DNA from: a bacterium
GTDB taxonomy: Bacteria > Zhuqueibacterota > Zhuqueibacteria > Residuimicrobiales > Krinioviventaceae
Assembly: GCA_963693055.1 (NCBI GenBank)
Contig: OY843751.1
Coordinates: 96,001-160,000, forward strand
DNA: 64,000 nt
Reading direction: 5' to 3'
Positions 9,755 to 20,697 of the stretch are shown piece by piece. Positions within the stretch are counted from its first letter, which is position 1. Every line of letters starts with the position of its first letter. The notes beneath the pieces were generated by a model that saw nothing but the letters and a program-made list of their open reading frames with translations, was not told the origin of the DNA and made no database searches. Both the position numbers and the translations under genes were made by a program.

Positions 9755-11830
9755 TTGAACTTTATAAATCCCGGTATATTAATTGGTTTAATAGCCGCTT
9801 CCATTCCACTACTTATTCATTTTTTAAACCGCTCCCGTTCAAGGAACATACCGTTCAGTACGCTGAGTTTTCTCAAAGAGTTGCAGCAACAAAAGATCAA
9901 AAGGTTAAAGATCAAGCAATTGCTGCTTTTGATTATTCGTACTTTGATCATCTTGTTGCTTGTGCTGGCATTTGCCAGACCCACATTACAGGGCACTTTG
10001 TCGGGTGTGCTTGAAAGTAATGCCAAGTCGAGTTTGGCTGTTATACTGGATAATTCATACAGCATGAACGCAGTTGCAGAAACCCAGTCTTTGCTGGATC
10101 GTGCAAAAATTAAAGCAGAAGCATTGGTTGCGTCCATTCAGCAGGGAGACAATGCCTATTTTGTTTCTGTAACGGATACATCTCAGGCATTAGAAGGAGG
10201 CAAGCGACCGGGAGAATTTATATCGGAAAAGATTGAATCCCTGCAGCCGGGATACAAGACCGGTAATTTATCTGCTGCAATACAAAAAGCGCACAGTTTG
10301 CTGCAACAATCGCGTGACGTGAATAAAGAAATTTATATTTTTTCAGACCTGCAAAGCTTTACAATTGCACAAGACACTGTATCTATTCATGATGCGTCTG
10401 TAAATGCTTTCGCAATACCCGTTCGCTCCAGCTCTATCCATAACATTGGCATTAAAAATTTAAATATAATTTCAACAATGCTTGAAAAAGAAAAGCTGGT
10501 AGAATTGCAGGTCGAGTTTTTTAATTCCGGCAAGCATGCAACAGAGAATACATTGGCTGAGCTGTTTGTCAATGATGAAAAAGCCGCGCAAACTCTATTG
10601 CAATTACAGCCAAATGTTTCTGCGGTTGAAACATTCAAGTTTGTGTTGAACAAGGCGGGATTTATCAATGGTTGTGTCAAACTTGAAGATGATGATCTCG
10701 CTATGGATAACAACCGATATTTTTCAATCTATGTGCCGGAACAGATAAAAGCAGGTCTGGTTTATACAAATCCCAAAGATGCTGATCTGCTAACAATGGC
10801 CTTGAATCCCAGATATGTTGAAATGAACAGATTTGCTTTGGATATGATCAATAGCAGTGATTTCTCAACAAGCCGAATTTCCGGTTACGATGTGTTGGTG
10901 CTGGTAGATATCATGACTGTACCCAACAATATGGTTGATAAGATTTATACATTTGTTCAGAATGGTGGTGGTTTGGTTTTGGTGTTGGGTCCCCATACTG
11001 ATATTCAGGCTTTTAATCGATTTTTAGCACAATTGCGGTTACCCAATATTAAATCAAGTATAGGAAACAGTATTTCTACAGAGTATACTAGCTTTTCTTT
11101 GGGTGCAATGGATTTTTCTCATCCCCTGTTTTATGGTATGTTTGAGAATGTTAATACAGATTTTGATAAACCGCGTTTTGGATACGCGAATGTGATGGAT
11201 GTAAACCAATCATTTGAACGTATATTTGATTTCAGTACAGGTGATCCCTATTTGTTTAAAAAAACTTTGGGTGAGGGGACAATTTTGGTATTGACCAGCG
11301 GGTTGCAGCCAGATATAACAGATTTATCACGACGAACACTGTTTGCTCCATTAATGAACCGTATTGTTCAATATGCAGGGTCAAAATATAAAACAGATTC
11401 GCTTTCAACAATGGTGGGTGGGGTCTTGCGTACTTTGCTTGCGGTTGAACATGTTCAGGAAAAGTTGGAAATAAAACGCCCGGATGGCAGCTTTGACCGT
11501 ATAGAACCGGTTGTTCATGCATCGGGACCCCGCGTAGAGTATACAGAGACAAATGAACCGGGTATATATGAGCTCTTGGCAAACAATCAAACATTGTGGA
11601 ATTGGGCGGTTAATACGGATTCCCGCGAATCAGATCTTGAGCCAGTAGATGAAAAAGAGATGGAAAGCCGTTTCGGTGTAAAGTTTGTGGATGAAAATGC
11701 TGATATTTCAACGTTTATGTATCAGAACCGTTATGGTGTGGAATTGTGGTTTTATTTTGTTCTGGCAGCCTTGGTGCTTATTGTTATAGAAATGCTGTTG
11801 TTTAAAAGTCGATCAAGTCTGGAAGAATAA
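9755..11830 (+). CDS. BatA-domain / VWA membrane protein
   Basis: N-terminal FINP...IPLLIHFL...FARP (BatA); DNSYSM MIDAS; FSDLQ; C-terminal TM helix. Confidence 0.8.
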   Translation: MNFINPGILIGLIAASIPLLIHFLNRSRSRNIPFSTLSFLKELQQQKIKRLKIKQLLLLIIRTLIILLLVLAFARPTLQGTLSGVLESNAKSSLAVILDNSYSMNAVAETQSLLDRAKIKAEALVASIQQGDNAYFVSVTDTSQALEGGKRPGEFISEKIESLQPGYKTGNLSAAIQKAHSLLQQSRDVNKEIYIFSDLQSFTIAQDTVSIHDASVNAFAIPVRSSSIHNIGIKNLNIISTMLEKEKLVELQVEFFNSGKHATENTLAELFVNDEKAAQTLLQLQPNVSAVETFKFVLNKAGFINGCVKLEDDDLAMDNNRYFSIYVPEQIKAGLVYTNPKDADLLTMALNPRYVEMNRFALDMINSSDFSTSRISGYDVLVLVDIMTVPNNMVDKIYTFVQNGGGLVLVLGPHTDIQAFNRFLAQLRLPNIKSSIGNSISTEYTSFSLGAMDFSHPLFYGMFENVNTDFDKPRFGYANVMDVNQSFERIFDFSTGDPYLFKKTLGEGTILVLTSGLQPDITDLSRRTLFAPLMNRIVQYAGSKYKTDSLSTMVGGVLRTLLAVEHVQEKLEIKRPDGSFDRIEPVVHASGPRVEYTETNEPGIYELLANNQTLWNWAVNTDSRESDLEPVDEKEMESRFGVKFVDENADISTFMYQNRYGVELWFYFVLAALVLIVIEMLLFKSRSSLEE

Positions 11831-11873
11831 CAAATTGATTGATCGCTGAAATTTATGTAATAATGAGGTTTTA

Positions 11874-13166
11874 TTGCAAAATACAATGATATTTAATCGG
11901 GAGCGGGCCATAGTAGTTGGGCTGGTTCGTTATGGACAGCGTCGCTCTCAGGTGGATGATTATCTGGATGAACTCGAGTTGCTGGCAGATACTGCAGGTG
12001 CTGAAGTTCTTGAAAGGGTAGTGCAGGAGCGCACCAAAATGGACCCTGCATATATGCTGGGACGTGGTAAAATTGAAGAAGTGGCAAATATTGCCAAATA
12101 TATCAATGCGGATATTATCATCTTTGATGATGACCTGTCACCCGCACAGGTAAAAAATATTGAAAACATGACCAAGCTGAAAATATTAGATAGAAGCGGT
12201 CTTATTCTGGATATTTTTGCCAAACATGCGCGTACACGTGAAGCGCGTACACAGGTGGAACTGGCCCAGTTGAATTATTTTCTTCCCCGATTAACACGAC
12301 AATGGACGCACTTGTCCAGACAGGTGGGTGGTATTGGTGTAAGAGGCCCTGGTGAAACCCAGCTTGAAGTGGACCGTCGATTGATCCGCAAGCGTATCAG
12401 TGTGCTTGAGGAAGAGCTGGAACGTATTAAAAAACAACGTGACAATCGTCGTAAAAAGCGAAACGAGCTGTTCAAAGCTGCGTTGGTTGGCTATACCAAT
12501 GCCGGTAAATCTACCATGATGAATGCTTTGACTGGTGCGGGCACACTAGTGCGAGACCAGTTGTTTGCAACGCTGGACTCTACCATCCGTAATCTTGACA
12601 TCTCGGAACACAGAAACATGCTGCTGATTGATACAGTGGGATTTATTAGAAAATTACCCCATCATTTGGTGGCCTCTTTTAAAAGCACCCTTGAAGAAGT
12701 TTCCGAAGCCGATCTGTTGCTGCATGTGATTGATATTTCTTCTCCTGATTTTATGGACCAGATTACTGTAGTAGAGAAAGTTCTGGAGGAAATGGGAGTT
12801 AAGGGTAAACCTGTTCTCAAAGTCTTTAATAAAATTGACCTGCTGGACGATTCCGCTATCATTGATAAATTGAAATTGACCGAAGAGCCTTGTGTGTTTG
12901 TCTCAGCAGAGCGGGGCATCTATTTGCATGAGCTTGAGGCCAAAGTTTTAGAATTTGCAGAGAAAAATACCAGGGCTATGGAGCTGGTTCTGGATTCGCA
13001 CCAAACACGACTGATTTCGCAATTGCATGAATTGGGAGATGTCTCTGATATTGAATATACTGAGGACAATAAAGCAATTGTGAAATTAATAGCGTCTCCT
13101 GCCAATGCCAGTCGAATAGACAGGCTGGTAGAGCAGGACGGACAAGAACCAGGTGTTATGCAATGA
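11874..13166 (+). CDS. hflX: Ribosome-splitting GTPase HflX
   Basis: RGPGETQLEVDRR, GYTNAGKST, LFATLD, DTVGFI and NKID motifs. Confidence 0.97.
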   Translation: MQNTMIFNRERAIVVGLVRYGQRRSQVDDYLDELELLADTAGAEVLERVVQERTKMDPAYMLGRGKIEEVANIAKYINADIIIFDDDLSPAQVKNIENMTKLKILDRSGLILDIFAKHARTREARTQVELAQLNYFLPRLTRQWTHLSRQVGGIGVRGPGETQLEVDRRLIRKRISVLEEELERIKKQRDNRRKKRNELFKAALVGYTNAGKSTMMNALTGAGTLVRDQLFATLDSTIRNLDISEHRNMLLIDTVGFIRKLPHHLVASFKSTLEEVSEADLLLHVIDISSPDFMDQITVVEKVLEEMGVKGKPVLKVFNKIDLLDDSAIIDKLKLTEEPCVFVSAERGIYLHELEAKVLEFAEKNTRAMELVLDSHQTRLISQLHELGDVSDIEYTEDNKAIVKLIASPANASRIDRLVEQDGQEPGVMQ

Positions 13167-14521
13167 ACATTCTAGTAGCTGATGACGAGAAAAACATATG
13201 TGAATCGTTAAAATGGCTGCTTGGCCGTGAGGGCCATCAGGTTGAAACCTGTAACTCGGGAGAAGAAGCGGTAGAGATTGCCCGAACCCGAAATTTTGAC
13301 ATTGCATTTCTGGATGTGATGATGGGTGAGATGAGCGGTATTGAAGCGTTAAAAGAAATATTGGGGATACAACCCGCATTGATTGTTTTCATGATCTCCG
13401 GCAATGCGGATATTGCCACAGCGGTGCAGGCTACCAAGTTGGGTGCATATGATTTTATGGAAAAACCGCTGAATCCTGATAAAGTTATTTTAGAACTGAA
13501 AAAGATCAAAGAGCAATCGGTCATCCGTGACCGCATGAAAGAGCTTGAAAAGCTGGTAGATCTGGACCATCAAATGCTTGGCGAGACGCTTGTAATGCGT
13601 GAATTGCGCAAAACCATTGAACAGGCCGCGCCCAGCGATGGAAGGATTTTAATTTATGGTGAAAACGGCAGCGGTAAAGAACTGGTTGCCCGTGAGATCC
13701 ATTATAAAAGTTTGCGTAAAAAAGGTCCGTTTGTGCAATTGAATTGCGCAGCATTCCCCAAAGATTTGATAGAAAGTGAGCTGTTTGGTTATGAAAAGGG
13801 CGCATTTACAGGCGCTGCACGCCAAAAGATTGGATTAATTGAATCTGCTGAAGGCGGAACGCTGCTATTGGATGAAGTGGGTGACATGCCTCTTGAAACC
13901 CAGGTAAAACTGCTTCGGGTTTTGCAGGAAAATGAGTTTTTTAGGCTGGGTGGAACAAGGCCCATTAAGTTCAATGTGCGCATTATTTCCGCAACCAATA
14001 AGGATCTTTTGAAAGAGATTGAACAGGAACGATTTCGGGAAGATTTGTACTTTCGTCTGAATGTGGTGCCCATCACCGTGCCTCCATTAAAAGACAGGGT
14101 GCAGGATATACCTATTTTGGCAAAGCATTTTATGCGGATCTATTCGGTCAGGAATGGTAAAAAAGATAAAGAGATCAGTCCATCTGCTATTGCAGAATTG
14201 ATGTTATATCCCTGGCCGGGCAATATACGGGAACTCAGGAATACCATTGAGCGTTTAGCAATCATGAATCCGTCGGATATTATTGAAGCAGCCGATATTC
14301 AAACAGCCCTGGGAGACATATCCGTTCGGGAAAAAGAGATTGAAATCAAAAATGTTTCATTAAAGCTTTCATTAAAGCAGCAAATGATGGATTTTGAAAA
14401 ACGTGTACTGATGGACGCTCATTCAAAATACAAGGGAAATGTGAGCAAGATTGCCAAGGTTTTGGATACTGATCGGGCCAATTTACACAAAAAGTTGAAA
14501 AAGTATGGAATCAAAGATTAG
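13163..14521 (+). CDS. Sigma54-dependent response regulator (NtrC/NtrX type: REC-AAA+-Fis HTH)
   Basis: Receiver ADDE...FLDV; GENGSGKE; GAFTGA; WPGNIREL; C-terminal HTH. Confidence 0.93.
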   Translation: MNILVADDEKNICESLKWLLGREGHQVETCNSGEEAVEIARTRNFDIAFLDVMMGEMSGIEALKEILGIQPALIVFMISGNADIATAVQATKLGAYDFMEKPLNPDKVILELKKIKEQSVIRDRMKELEKLVDLDHQMLGETLVMRELRKTIEQAAPSDGRILIYGENGSGKELVAREIHYKSLRKKGPFVQLNCAAFPKDLIESELFGYEKGAFTGAARQKIGLIESAEGGTLLLDEVGDMPLETQVKLLRVLQENEFFRLGGTRPIKFNVRIISATNKDLLKEIEQERFREDLYFRLNVVPITVPPLKDRVQDIPILAKHFMRIYSVRNGKKDKEISPSAIAELMLYPWPGNIRELRNTIERLAIMNPSDIIEAADIQTALGDISVREKEIEIKNVSLKLSLKQQMMDFEKRVLMDAHSKYKGNVSKIAKVLDTDRANLHKKLKKYGIKD

Positions 14522-14530
14522 GGGTAGGGA

Positions 14531-16222
14531 ATGAAATTGCATAGGCTGCAAAAATTACTGATTTTGTGTTTGTTGTTCATGATGAGTATTTCATCTGTAG
14601 CATTTGCTTCGTATCGAATACGTGAGACCAATCGACATTACGAGGAGGGTGATTGGATTACCTATTCTTCAACACGGTTTGTTCGTCATGTGTCTGTAGG
14701 TGAGCAGTATGTTTATTTTTCAACAACCGGGGGCATAACCCGTTATAATTATTTCAGCGAAAAGTGGGAAACTCCCTATACCATCAGCAATGGATTGGCT
14801 GATCAGAATATATTTATAACCGCATTGGATCTTTCAACGGGTTTTTTATGGTGTGTAAGAGAAACCGGAATCAGCTACATGGAACCGGCAACGCATCGCT
14901 GGTTTAATACTTTTTATGATGAAATGCCGGTCGATTTTGATCAAAAAGCAATAGCTTTGGGTTTTGGCAATCACAATGTATATATTATGACCCCAGACCG
15001 CAATATTTATGTAACCAACAATACCATGCTGGCGTTTTTTAAAGAATCCGATAATGTGCAAAATTTTGACAACTTTACAAACCAAAATAATATAGAGTGG
15101 CAATGGCTGCATGAAAACAAACGCACCAAACTGAATTACATGTTTATGGATAATGGCTACTTTTTTAATGAAAAAGATTTGTTGATCAAAGATTTGCAGT
15201 TTAGAGAGTACCCCATAACGGCCTGGGCGTTTGACCGTTGGAATAAAGTCTGGCTGGGTACCTGGGGTCTTGGTGCCGGTAAAGGAGATGTTTTAACACA
15301 GCGCCTTGAAATGCTGAATTATGGACTTTGGGATCAGAATGTTGATGCCATCTATCGGGATCAGGATTCGTTTTGGTTGGGCGGCATTCAGGAAGAACGA
15401 AATGCTGTTACCCGTTTTGACCCGAAAGCGCAGGAATCTACATTTTATGAAGAATATTTGTTTACCGGTTTTGATAATGCGCAAGTGACTTCTATTGCCA
15501 GTGATAGGGATTTTGTCTGGTTTGGTACCGAAAACGGGCTCATTCGTCATAATCGGGATCGTGATAATTGGCGTACGTTAAATTCGTCTGACAATCTGGT
15601 AGATAATTACGTTCATGATGTTATTACCGATGAAGACCATGTCTGGGTGGCAACTGATGAGGGTGTGTCTTACTTGAGCCGGAACAGTTCCGGGTATTAT
15701 AACGACAAGCTAACCCATCTTAATTATCCCGCATTGCGCAACTTGGTCATTTATGATATTGAGCAGCAATATAATCTCTTGTGGCTTGCCACAGAGTTTG
15801 GAATATATGTACATGATACTATATCTGACTCAGGCGGATTTTATTCGGGAGCGGTAGGACCGGCAGATCGGGCAACATACGCGGTATCTGTTTTTGAAAA
15901 CCAGGTCTGGTTCGGTACGGACGAAGGTATTTCAGCATTTGATGTAGATAAAAATGACTGGCTTGATCCTCCGGCCCGGTTGTATCAGACACGTGGAAAC
16001 ATCAACCGCATTGCTGCCGATAAAAAAGCGGTTTGGGTGGCAACTGATGAGGGTGTGTTAAAATTTGACCGTGAACGTCAATATTGGGTACAATATACTA
16101 TGGAAGATGGGCTGCCCTCTGATCTGGTTCTGTCTCTATACCTGGATGGTGATTATATCTGGTTTGGTACCGATAACGGCTTAACGCGATTTTATTGGAA
16201 TTCACCATACCGGGTGGATTGA
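14531..16222 (+). CDS. Secreted beta-propeller repeat protein
   Basis: Signal peptide; repeated (V/I)W(F/V)(G/A)TxxG blades; DGLPSD motif. Confidence 0.7.
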   Translation: MKLHRLQKLLILCLLFMMSISSVAFASYRIRETNRHYEEGDWITYSSTRFVRHVSVGEQYVYFSTTGGITRYNYFSEKWETPYTISNGLADQNIFITALDLSTGFLWCVRETGISYMEPATHRWFNTFYDEMPVDFDQKAIALGFGNHNVYIMTPDRNIYVTNNTMLAFFKESDNVQNFDNFTNQNNIEWQWLHENKRTKLNYMFMDNGYFFNEKDLLIKDLQFREYPITAWAFDRWNKVWLGTWGLGAGKGDVLTQRLEMLNYGLWDQNVDAIYRDQDSFWLGGIQEERNAVTRFDPKAQESTFYEEYLFTGFDNAQVTSIASDRDFVWFGTENGLIRHNRDRDNWRTLNSSDNLVDNYVHDVITDEDHVWVATDEGVSYLSRNSSGYYNDKLTHLNYPALRNLVIYDIEQQYNLLWLATEFGIYVHDTISDSGGFYSGAVGPADRATYAVSVFENQVWFGTDEGISAFDVDKNDWLDPPARLYQTRGNINRIAADKKAVWVATDEGVLKFDRERQYWVQYTMEDGLPSDLVLSLYLDGDYIWFGTDNGLTRFYWNSPYRVD

Positions 16223-16229
16223 GAGGCAA

Positions 16230-17510
16230 ATGGACATCGATTATCAGCAGGCATTACAATATATGCAGGATCTGCAAAGCTCTGGCTGGCAGCTGGGCCT
16301 TGAGCGGATTGAGAATTTGTTAGAGCTGCTGAATAATCCACACAAAAAAACAACATTTGTTCATATAGCAGGTACAAATGGTAAAAGTACCACTGCATCC
16401 ATGTACGAGTCTGTTTTGCGACAGGCGGGTTATAAAACCGGACTTTTTACCTCGCCGCATTTAATAGATGTGCGGGAAACGATACGAATCAATGGCGAAA
16501 TGATATCCTGTGATGATTTTTTATCTCTGGTTAACGCCATGCGTCCCCACATAGAGGCGGCTGGAACCACGTTTTTTGAATCTTTGACAGCGTTGGCTTT
16601 TATGTATTTTGCTCAAAGCCAGGTCGATGTGGTTGTATTGGAAACAGGCCTGGGCGGCAGAGATGATGCAACAAATGTTGTGACGCCATTGTTGTCAGTT
16701 ATTACCAGCATTGATTTAGAGCATACTGTTTTTTTAGGAAACAGCGTTGAGGAAATTGCAGAGGTAAAAGCAGGCATCATTAAAAAGAATGTTCCTTGCA
16801 TCATTGGAGAGTTGCCCCGCAAAGCTGAACAGGTTATTCAAGCGATTTGTAAGCAGAAAAACAGCAAAATGTACCGCGCAAATAAAGTTTATTCAATAGA
16901 ATCTGTTGTGGTTGCAGAAAATGGAACAAAGTTTGCAATACGAAATACTGAAAATAAAGCGATTCATTTGCAAATACCATTTCCTGGACCCCAATTTGCG
17001 CGCAATGCAGGTATTGTAGCCGCTTCATTTCAAATCTGTGAATTCTTTGTTAAAATTACCGACATTCAGCTTGTATCCGGTCTGCAAACAGCAGGCTGGA
17101 GCGGCCGATTTCAATTGCTCAGAAAAGATCCTCCGGTAATTCTTGATGTGGCCCATAATACAAGCGCGTTTTTTGAATTGGTTCAGGTTGTGAATGAGGT
17201 GTATTCACAATTGACCAAAGTGTTTGTAATGGGTTTGTTGGCAGACAAGGATGTTGATGGAATTTGCAAGACACTGGTGGGAACAGCGGATCAGGTTTAT
17301 ATTGTTCCGCCAGATTCGAAAAGAGCGATAAAAAGTGAAATGATTGTTGAAAAACTGATGTTATATAAAATACCTGTGGAGGTTTTATCTATCGAAAAAG
17401 CATTGCAGCTAATATTCTCTGACCATAATGCGGAAAGGATGTATTGCATAACCGGATCGCATTATGTAGCAGGAAAAGTATTAAAATTAATAAATAACTT
17501 GACAAGCTGA
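16230..17510 (+). CDS. folC: Folylpolyglutamate synthase / dihydrofolate synthase
   Basis: HIAGTNGKS, FTSPHL, ETGLGGRDDATN and LDVAHN motifs. Confidence 0.95.
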   Translation: MDIDYQQALQYMQDLQSSGWQLGLERIENLLELLNNPHKKTTFVHIAGTNGKSTTASMYESVLRQAGYKTGLFTSPHLIDVRETIRINGEMISCDDFLSLVNAMRPHIEAAGTTFFESLTALAFMYFAQSQVDVVVLETGLGGRDDATNVVTPLLSVITSIDLEHTVFLGNSVEEIAEVKAGIIKKNVPCIIGELPRKAEQVIQAICKQKNSKMYRANKVYSIESVVVAENGTKFAIRNTENKAIHLQIPFPGPQFARNAGIVAASFQICEFFVKITDIQLVSGLQTAGWSGRFQLLRKDPPVILDVAHNTSAFFELVQVVNEVYSQLTKVFVMGLLADKDVDGICKTLVGTADQVYIVPPDSKRAIKSEMIVEKLMLYKIPVEVLSIEKALQLIFSDHNAERMYCITGSHYVAGKVLKLINNLTS

Positions 17511-17525
17511 AAAAAATTTTATAAT
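17499..17525 (+). promoter_or_regulatory. Putative rho promoter
   Basis: Consensus TTGACA and TATAAT, but the spacer is only 15 nt. Confidence 0.4.
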
Positions 17526-17976
17526 TTTAGCTGTAATCTTCATTACCTCATGGATATTAACACTCCAGATAATTCTCCTTTTTGCTACATGGTTAAGTTA
17601 ATTGACATTTTGCTGAATATTGATATTGAAAAAAAAAGAGTGAAATTAGGGGTCATTAAGAATAGCCTGAATTAGATTGGTATTTTGATTATAACGAACT
17701 CAAAGAATGCATGTGGAACAAACAGGTTTGTCAATTAGAGTGACGCTGTTTACAAGATATTAAATATTTTGAAATTACATAACCAAAAAAATAATTCTAC
17801 TCTGGTAGTACAATTAATAAAAATAAAAAGCATCCTGATTTTTTACAGGGAATGTATCGGCATATAAACAGGGGACAACTGTTTGTCTGATCTGATAAAA
17901 AACTTGCCATTATATAAATTCAAATCAGGAATAATTGAAATTAATGTTTAGAACCAAATAAATTAAGAGGAGATTC

Positions 17977-19224
17977 ATGGACATTGCTGAACTCAAAGTG
18001 TTAAAGATTGCTGAATTGACACAAATGGCCCAGGAGCTTGGTGTATCAGGCATTACTGGTTTGAAAAAGGCCGAGCTGATCTTTAAAATTTTGGAAGAAC
18101 AAACCAAAAAAGAAGGTTTGATTTTTGGCGAAGGTGTGTTAGAAGTTTTACCTGATGGATACGGCTTTTTGCGTTCTCCGGGATTCAATTATCTGCCCGG
18201 TCCGGATGATATATATGTATCACCGTCTCAGATCAAACGTTTTGGAATGAGAACCGGTGACACAATTTCCGGACAAATACGGCCCCCAAAAGAAAACGAG
18301 CGATTTTTTGCTTTGCTCAAAGTTGAAGCTATCAACTTTGAGAATCCTGAAGAGGCTAAATCAAAGATCCTGTTCGACAATCTTACACCACTGTATCCGG
18401 AAGAGCGGATTGATCTTGAATCCACTCCCCGCGAGTATTCAATGCGTATCATGAATCTGCTTACGCCAATTGGTAAGGGACAGCGTGGTCTTATTGTAGC
18501 TCAGCCCAAAACCGGTAAAACCATCCTTTTGCAGAAAATTGCCAACGCCATTTCAAAAAATCATCCCGAAGTTAAACTGATTGTATTGCTGATTGATGAA
18601 CGTCCTGAAGAAGTAACCGACATGGAACGTTCAGTAAACGCTGAGGTGGTCAGTTCAACATTTGATGAGCCAGCTGAACGACATGTTCAGGTTGCAGACA
18701 TGGTGCTTGAAAAATCAAAACGTCTCATTGAATATGGTCAGGATGTTGTTATTCTGCTTGACAGTATTACCCGTTTGGCCCGTGCGCACAATGCGGTTGT
18801 ACCTCATAGTGGTAAGATCCTTTCAGGTGGTGTTGACGCCAACGCACTGCATAGACCGAAACGCTTCTTTGGTGCTGCACGTAACATTGAAGAAGGTGGA
18901 AGTTTGACCATTATTGCTACAGCATTGATCGATACTGGTAGCCGTATGGATGAAGTGATCTTTGAAGAATTTAAAGGTACCGGTAACATGGAACTTGTAC
19001 TGGATCGTCGTTTGTCTGATCGTCGTATCTTCCCGGCAATTGATGTGAACCGTTCAAGTACACGTAAAGAAGAATTGTTGCTGCCTGATAAAGAACTGAA
19101 CCGTGTTTGGATCCTTCGTAAATTACTGGCTGAATTGACACCGGTGGAGGCGATGGAATTTATGCTGGGTAAAATGCAGGGAACAAAAGCGAATAAAATT
19201 TTCCTTGATTCAATGAGTATGTAA
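17977..19224 (+). CDS. rho: Transcription termination factor Rho
   Basis: [26 protein letters not shown] and FKGTGNMEL motifs. Confidence 0.99.
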   Translation: MDIAELKVLKIAELTQMAQELGVSGITGLKKAELIFKILEEQTKKEGLIFGEGVLEVLPDGYGFLRSPGFNYLPGPDDIYVSPSQIKRFGMRTGDTISGQIRPPKENERFFALLKVEAINFENPEEAKSKILFDNLTPLYPEERIDLESTPREYSMRIMNLLTPIGKGQRGLIVAQPKTGKTILLQKIANAISKNHPEVKLIVLLIDERPEEVTDMERSVNAEVVSSTFDEPAERHVQVADMVLEKSKRLIEYGQDVVILLDSITRLARAHNAVVPHSGKILSGGVDANALHRPKRFFGAARNIEEGGSLTIIATALIDTGSRMDEVIFEEFKGTGNMELVLDRRLSDRRIFPAIDVNRSSTRKEELLLPDKELNRVWILRKLLAELTPVEAMEFMLGKMQGTKANKIFLDSMSM

Positions 19225-19311
19225 GATTTTTCCTTGCTTTTTTGATTTTTTTTACATAAATTTATCTTCTGTAAAAAGAATTTTAGCGTTTTGTTGACCA
19301 GGAGGTTAGTT

Positions 19312-19533
19312 TTGAAACCAGAAATACATCCCGAATACGAAATATGTACGGTCTCTTGTGCATGTGGAAATAAATTTCAAACTCGTTCTACCGTAGGTGA
19401 TATACAGGTGGAAATTTGTTCCGAGTGTCATCCATTTTTTACTGGCAAGCAAAAATTGGTTGATACCGCAGGACGAGTTGATAAATTCCGTAAAAAATAT
19501 GGAAATTACAACAAGCAGCAAGCGGCCAAGTAA
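19312..19533 (+). CDS. rpmE: 50S ribosomal protein L31 (Zn-binding type)
   Basis: [12 protein letters not shown]...[12 protein letters not shown]; TTG start after GGAGG. Confidence 0.97.
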   Translation: MKPEIHPEYEICTVSCACGNKFQTRSTVGDIQVEICSECHPFFTGKQKLVDTAGRVDKFRKKYGNYNKQQAAK

Positions 19534-19546
19534 ATATATTCACTTG

Positions 19547-19605
19547 AAAAAAACGGAATATTATACCTGTTTTGCACGGGTATTATTCCGTTTTTTTTTT
19601 TTTTT
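19547..19605 (+). terminator. Intrinsic terminator after rpmE
   Basis: AAAAAAACGGAATA...TATTCCG stem followed by a T15 run. Confidence 0.7.
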
Positions 19606-19628
19606 GGTTTAATTATATGGAATAATAT

Positions 19629-20693
19629 GTGTTAGACAAATTAGAAAATCTTGTAGACCGGTATTCCGAGTTGGAACAAAGAATGGGTGACCCGGAGGTT
19701 GCCAGTAACCCCAATATTTACCGCAAAGTGGCAAAGGAAGAAAGTGACCTTGCTCCCATTGTCCGAGAATACAAAAATTACAAAAAAATAATTGAAGATA
19801 TAGACGGTGCCAAAGAACTGCTGCAAGAATCTGATGATGAAATGCGGGAACTTGCAGAAGCTGAATTGGCAGATCTGGAAGAATCAAAGACTGCGCTTGA
19901 AGAACAGCTCCGTATTATGCTCATTCCCAAAGACCCACAGGATGCCCGTAATGCCGTGATTGAAATCAGGGCGGGTACCGGTGGAGATGAGGCGGGTCTT
20001 TTTGCTGGTGATCTGTACAGAATGTACCAGAAATACGCTGAGCGGAGTAAATGGAAGATTGACATCATGAACTCGAATCCACAAGGTATTGGTGGTTTTC
20101 GTGAAATCATTTTTTCTCTCAGCGGACAGGATGTTTACGGCTTTATGAAATATGAAGCGGGTGTGCATCGGGTTCAGCGTGTGCCGGATACCGAAACCAG
20201 TGGGCGTATTCATACGTCTGCCGCAACAGTTGCCGTGTTGCCTGAAGCTGAGGAAATAGATGTTCAAATTGCTGCCAATGATTTGCGTATTGATGTTTAC
20301 AGATCTTCTGGTCCTGGCGGCCAAAGTGTAAATACAACGGATTCTGCTGTTCGAATTACACATATACCCACCGGTATGGTTGTGACCTGTCAGGATGAAA
20401 AGTCTCAGCATAAGAACCGCGCCAAAGCTCTCAAGGTTTTGCGTTCAAGATTGTATGAAAAAGCCTTGCAGGAAGAACAGGATAAACTCAGCCAGGAACG
20501 TCGTTCCATGGTAAGTACCGGTGACCGCAGCGCAAAGATCAGAACTTATAATTTTCCTCAAGGACGGGTTACAGACCACCGTATTGGCTTGACATTGTAT
20601 CGTCTTGAAGAAATTCTGCAGGGTGATTTGAGTGAAGTGATTGAGCAGTTGAAAATTGCTGAACGAACCGAGAAATTAAAACATCTGGATTGA
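19629..20693 (+). CDS. prfA: Peptide chain release factor 1
   Basis: EIRAGTGGDEA, PDT (PxT), GPGGQSVN and RTYNFPQGR motifs. Confidence 0.98.
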   Translation: MLDKLENLVDRYSELEQRMGDPEVASNPNIYRKVAKEESDLAPIVREYKNYKKIIEDIDGAKELLQESDDEMRELAEAELADLEESKTALEEQLRIMLIPKDPQDARNAVIEIRAGTGGDEAGLFAGDLYRMYQKYAERSKWKIDIMNSNPQGIGGFREIIFSLSGQDVYGFMKYEAGVHRVQRVPDTETSGRIHTSAATVAVLPEAEEIDVQIAANDLRIDVYRSSGPGGQSVNTTDSAVRITHIPTGMVVTCQDEKSQHKNRAKALKVLRSRLYEKALQEEQDKLSQERRSMVSTGDRSAKIRTYNFPQGRVTDHRIGLTLYRLEEILQGDLSEVIEQLKIAERTEKLKHLD

Positions 20694-20697
20694 TTCC

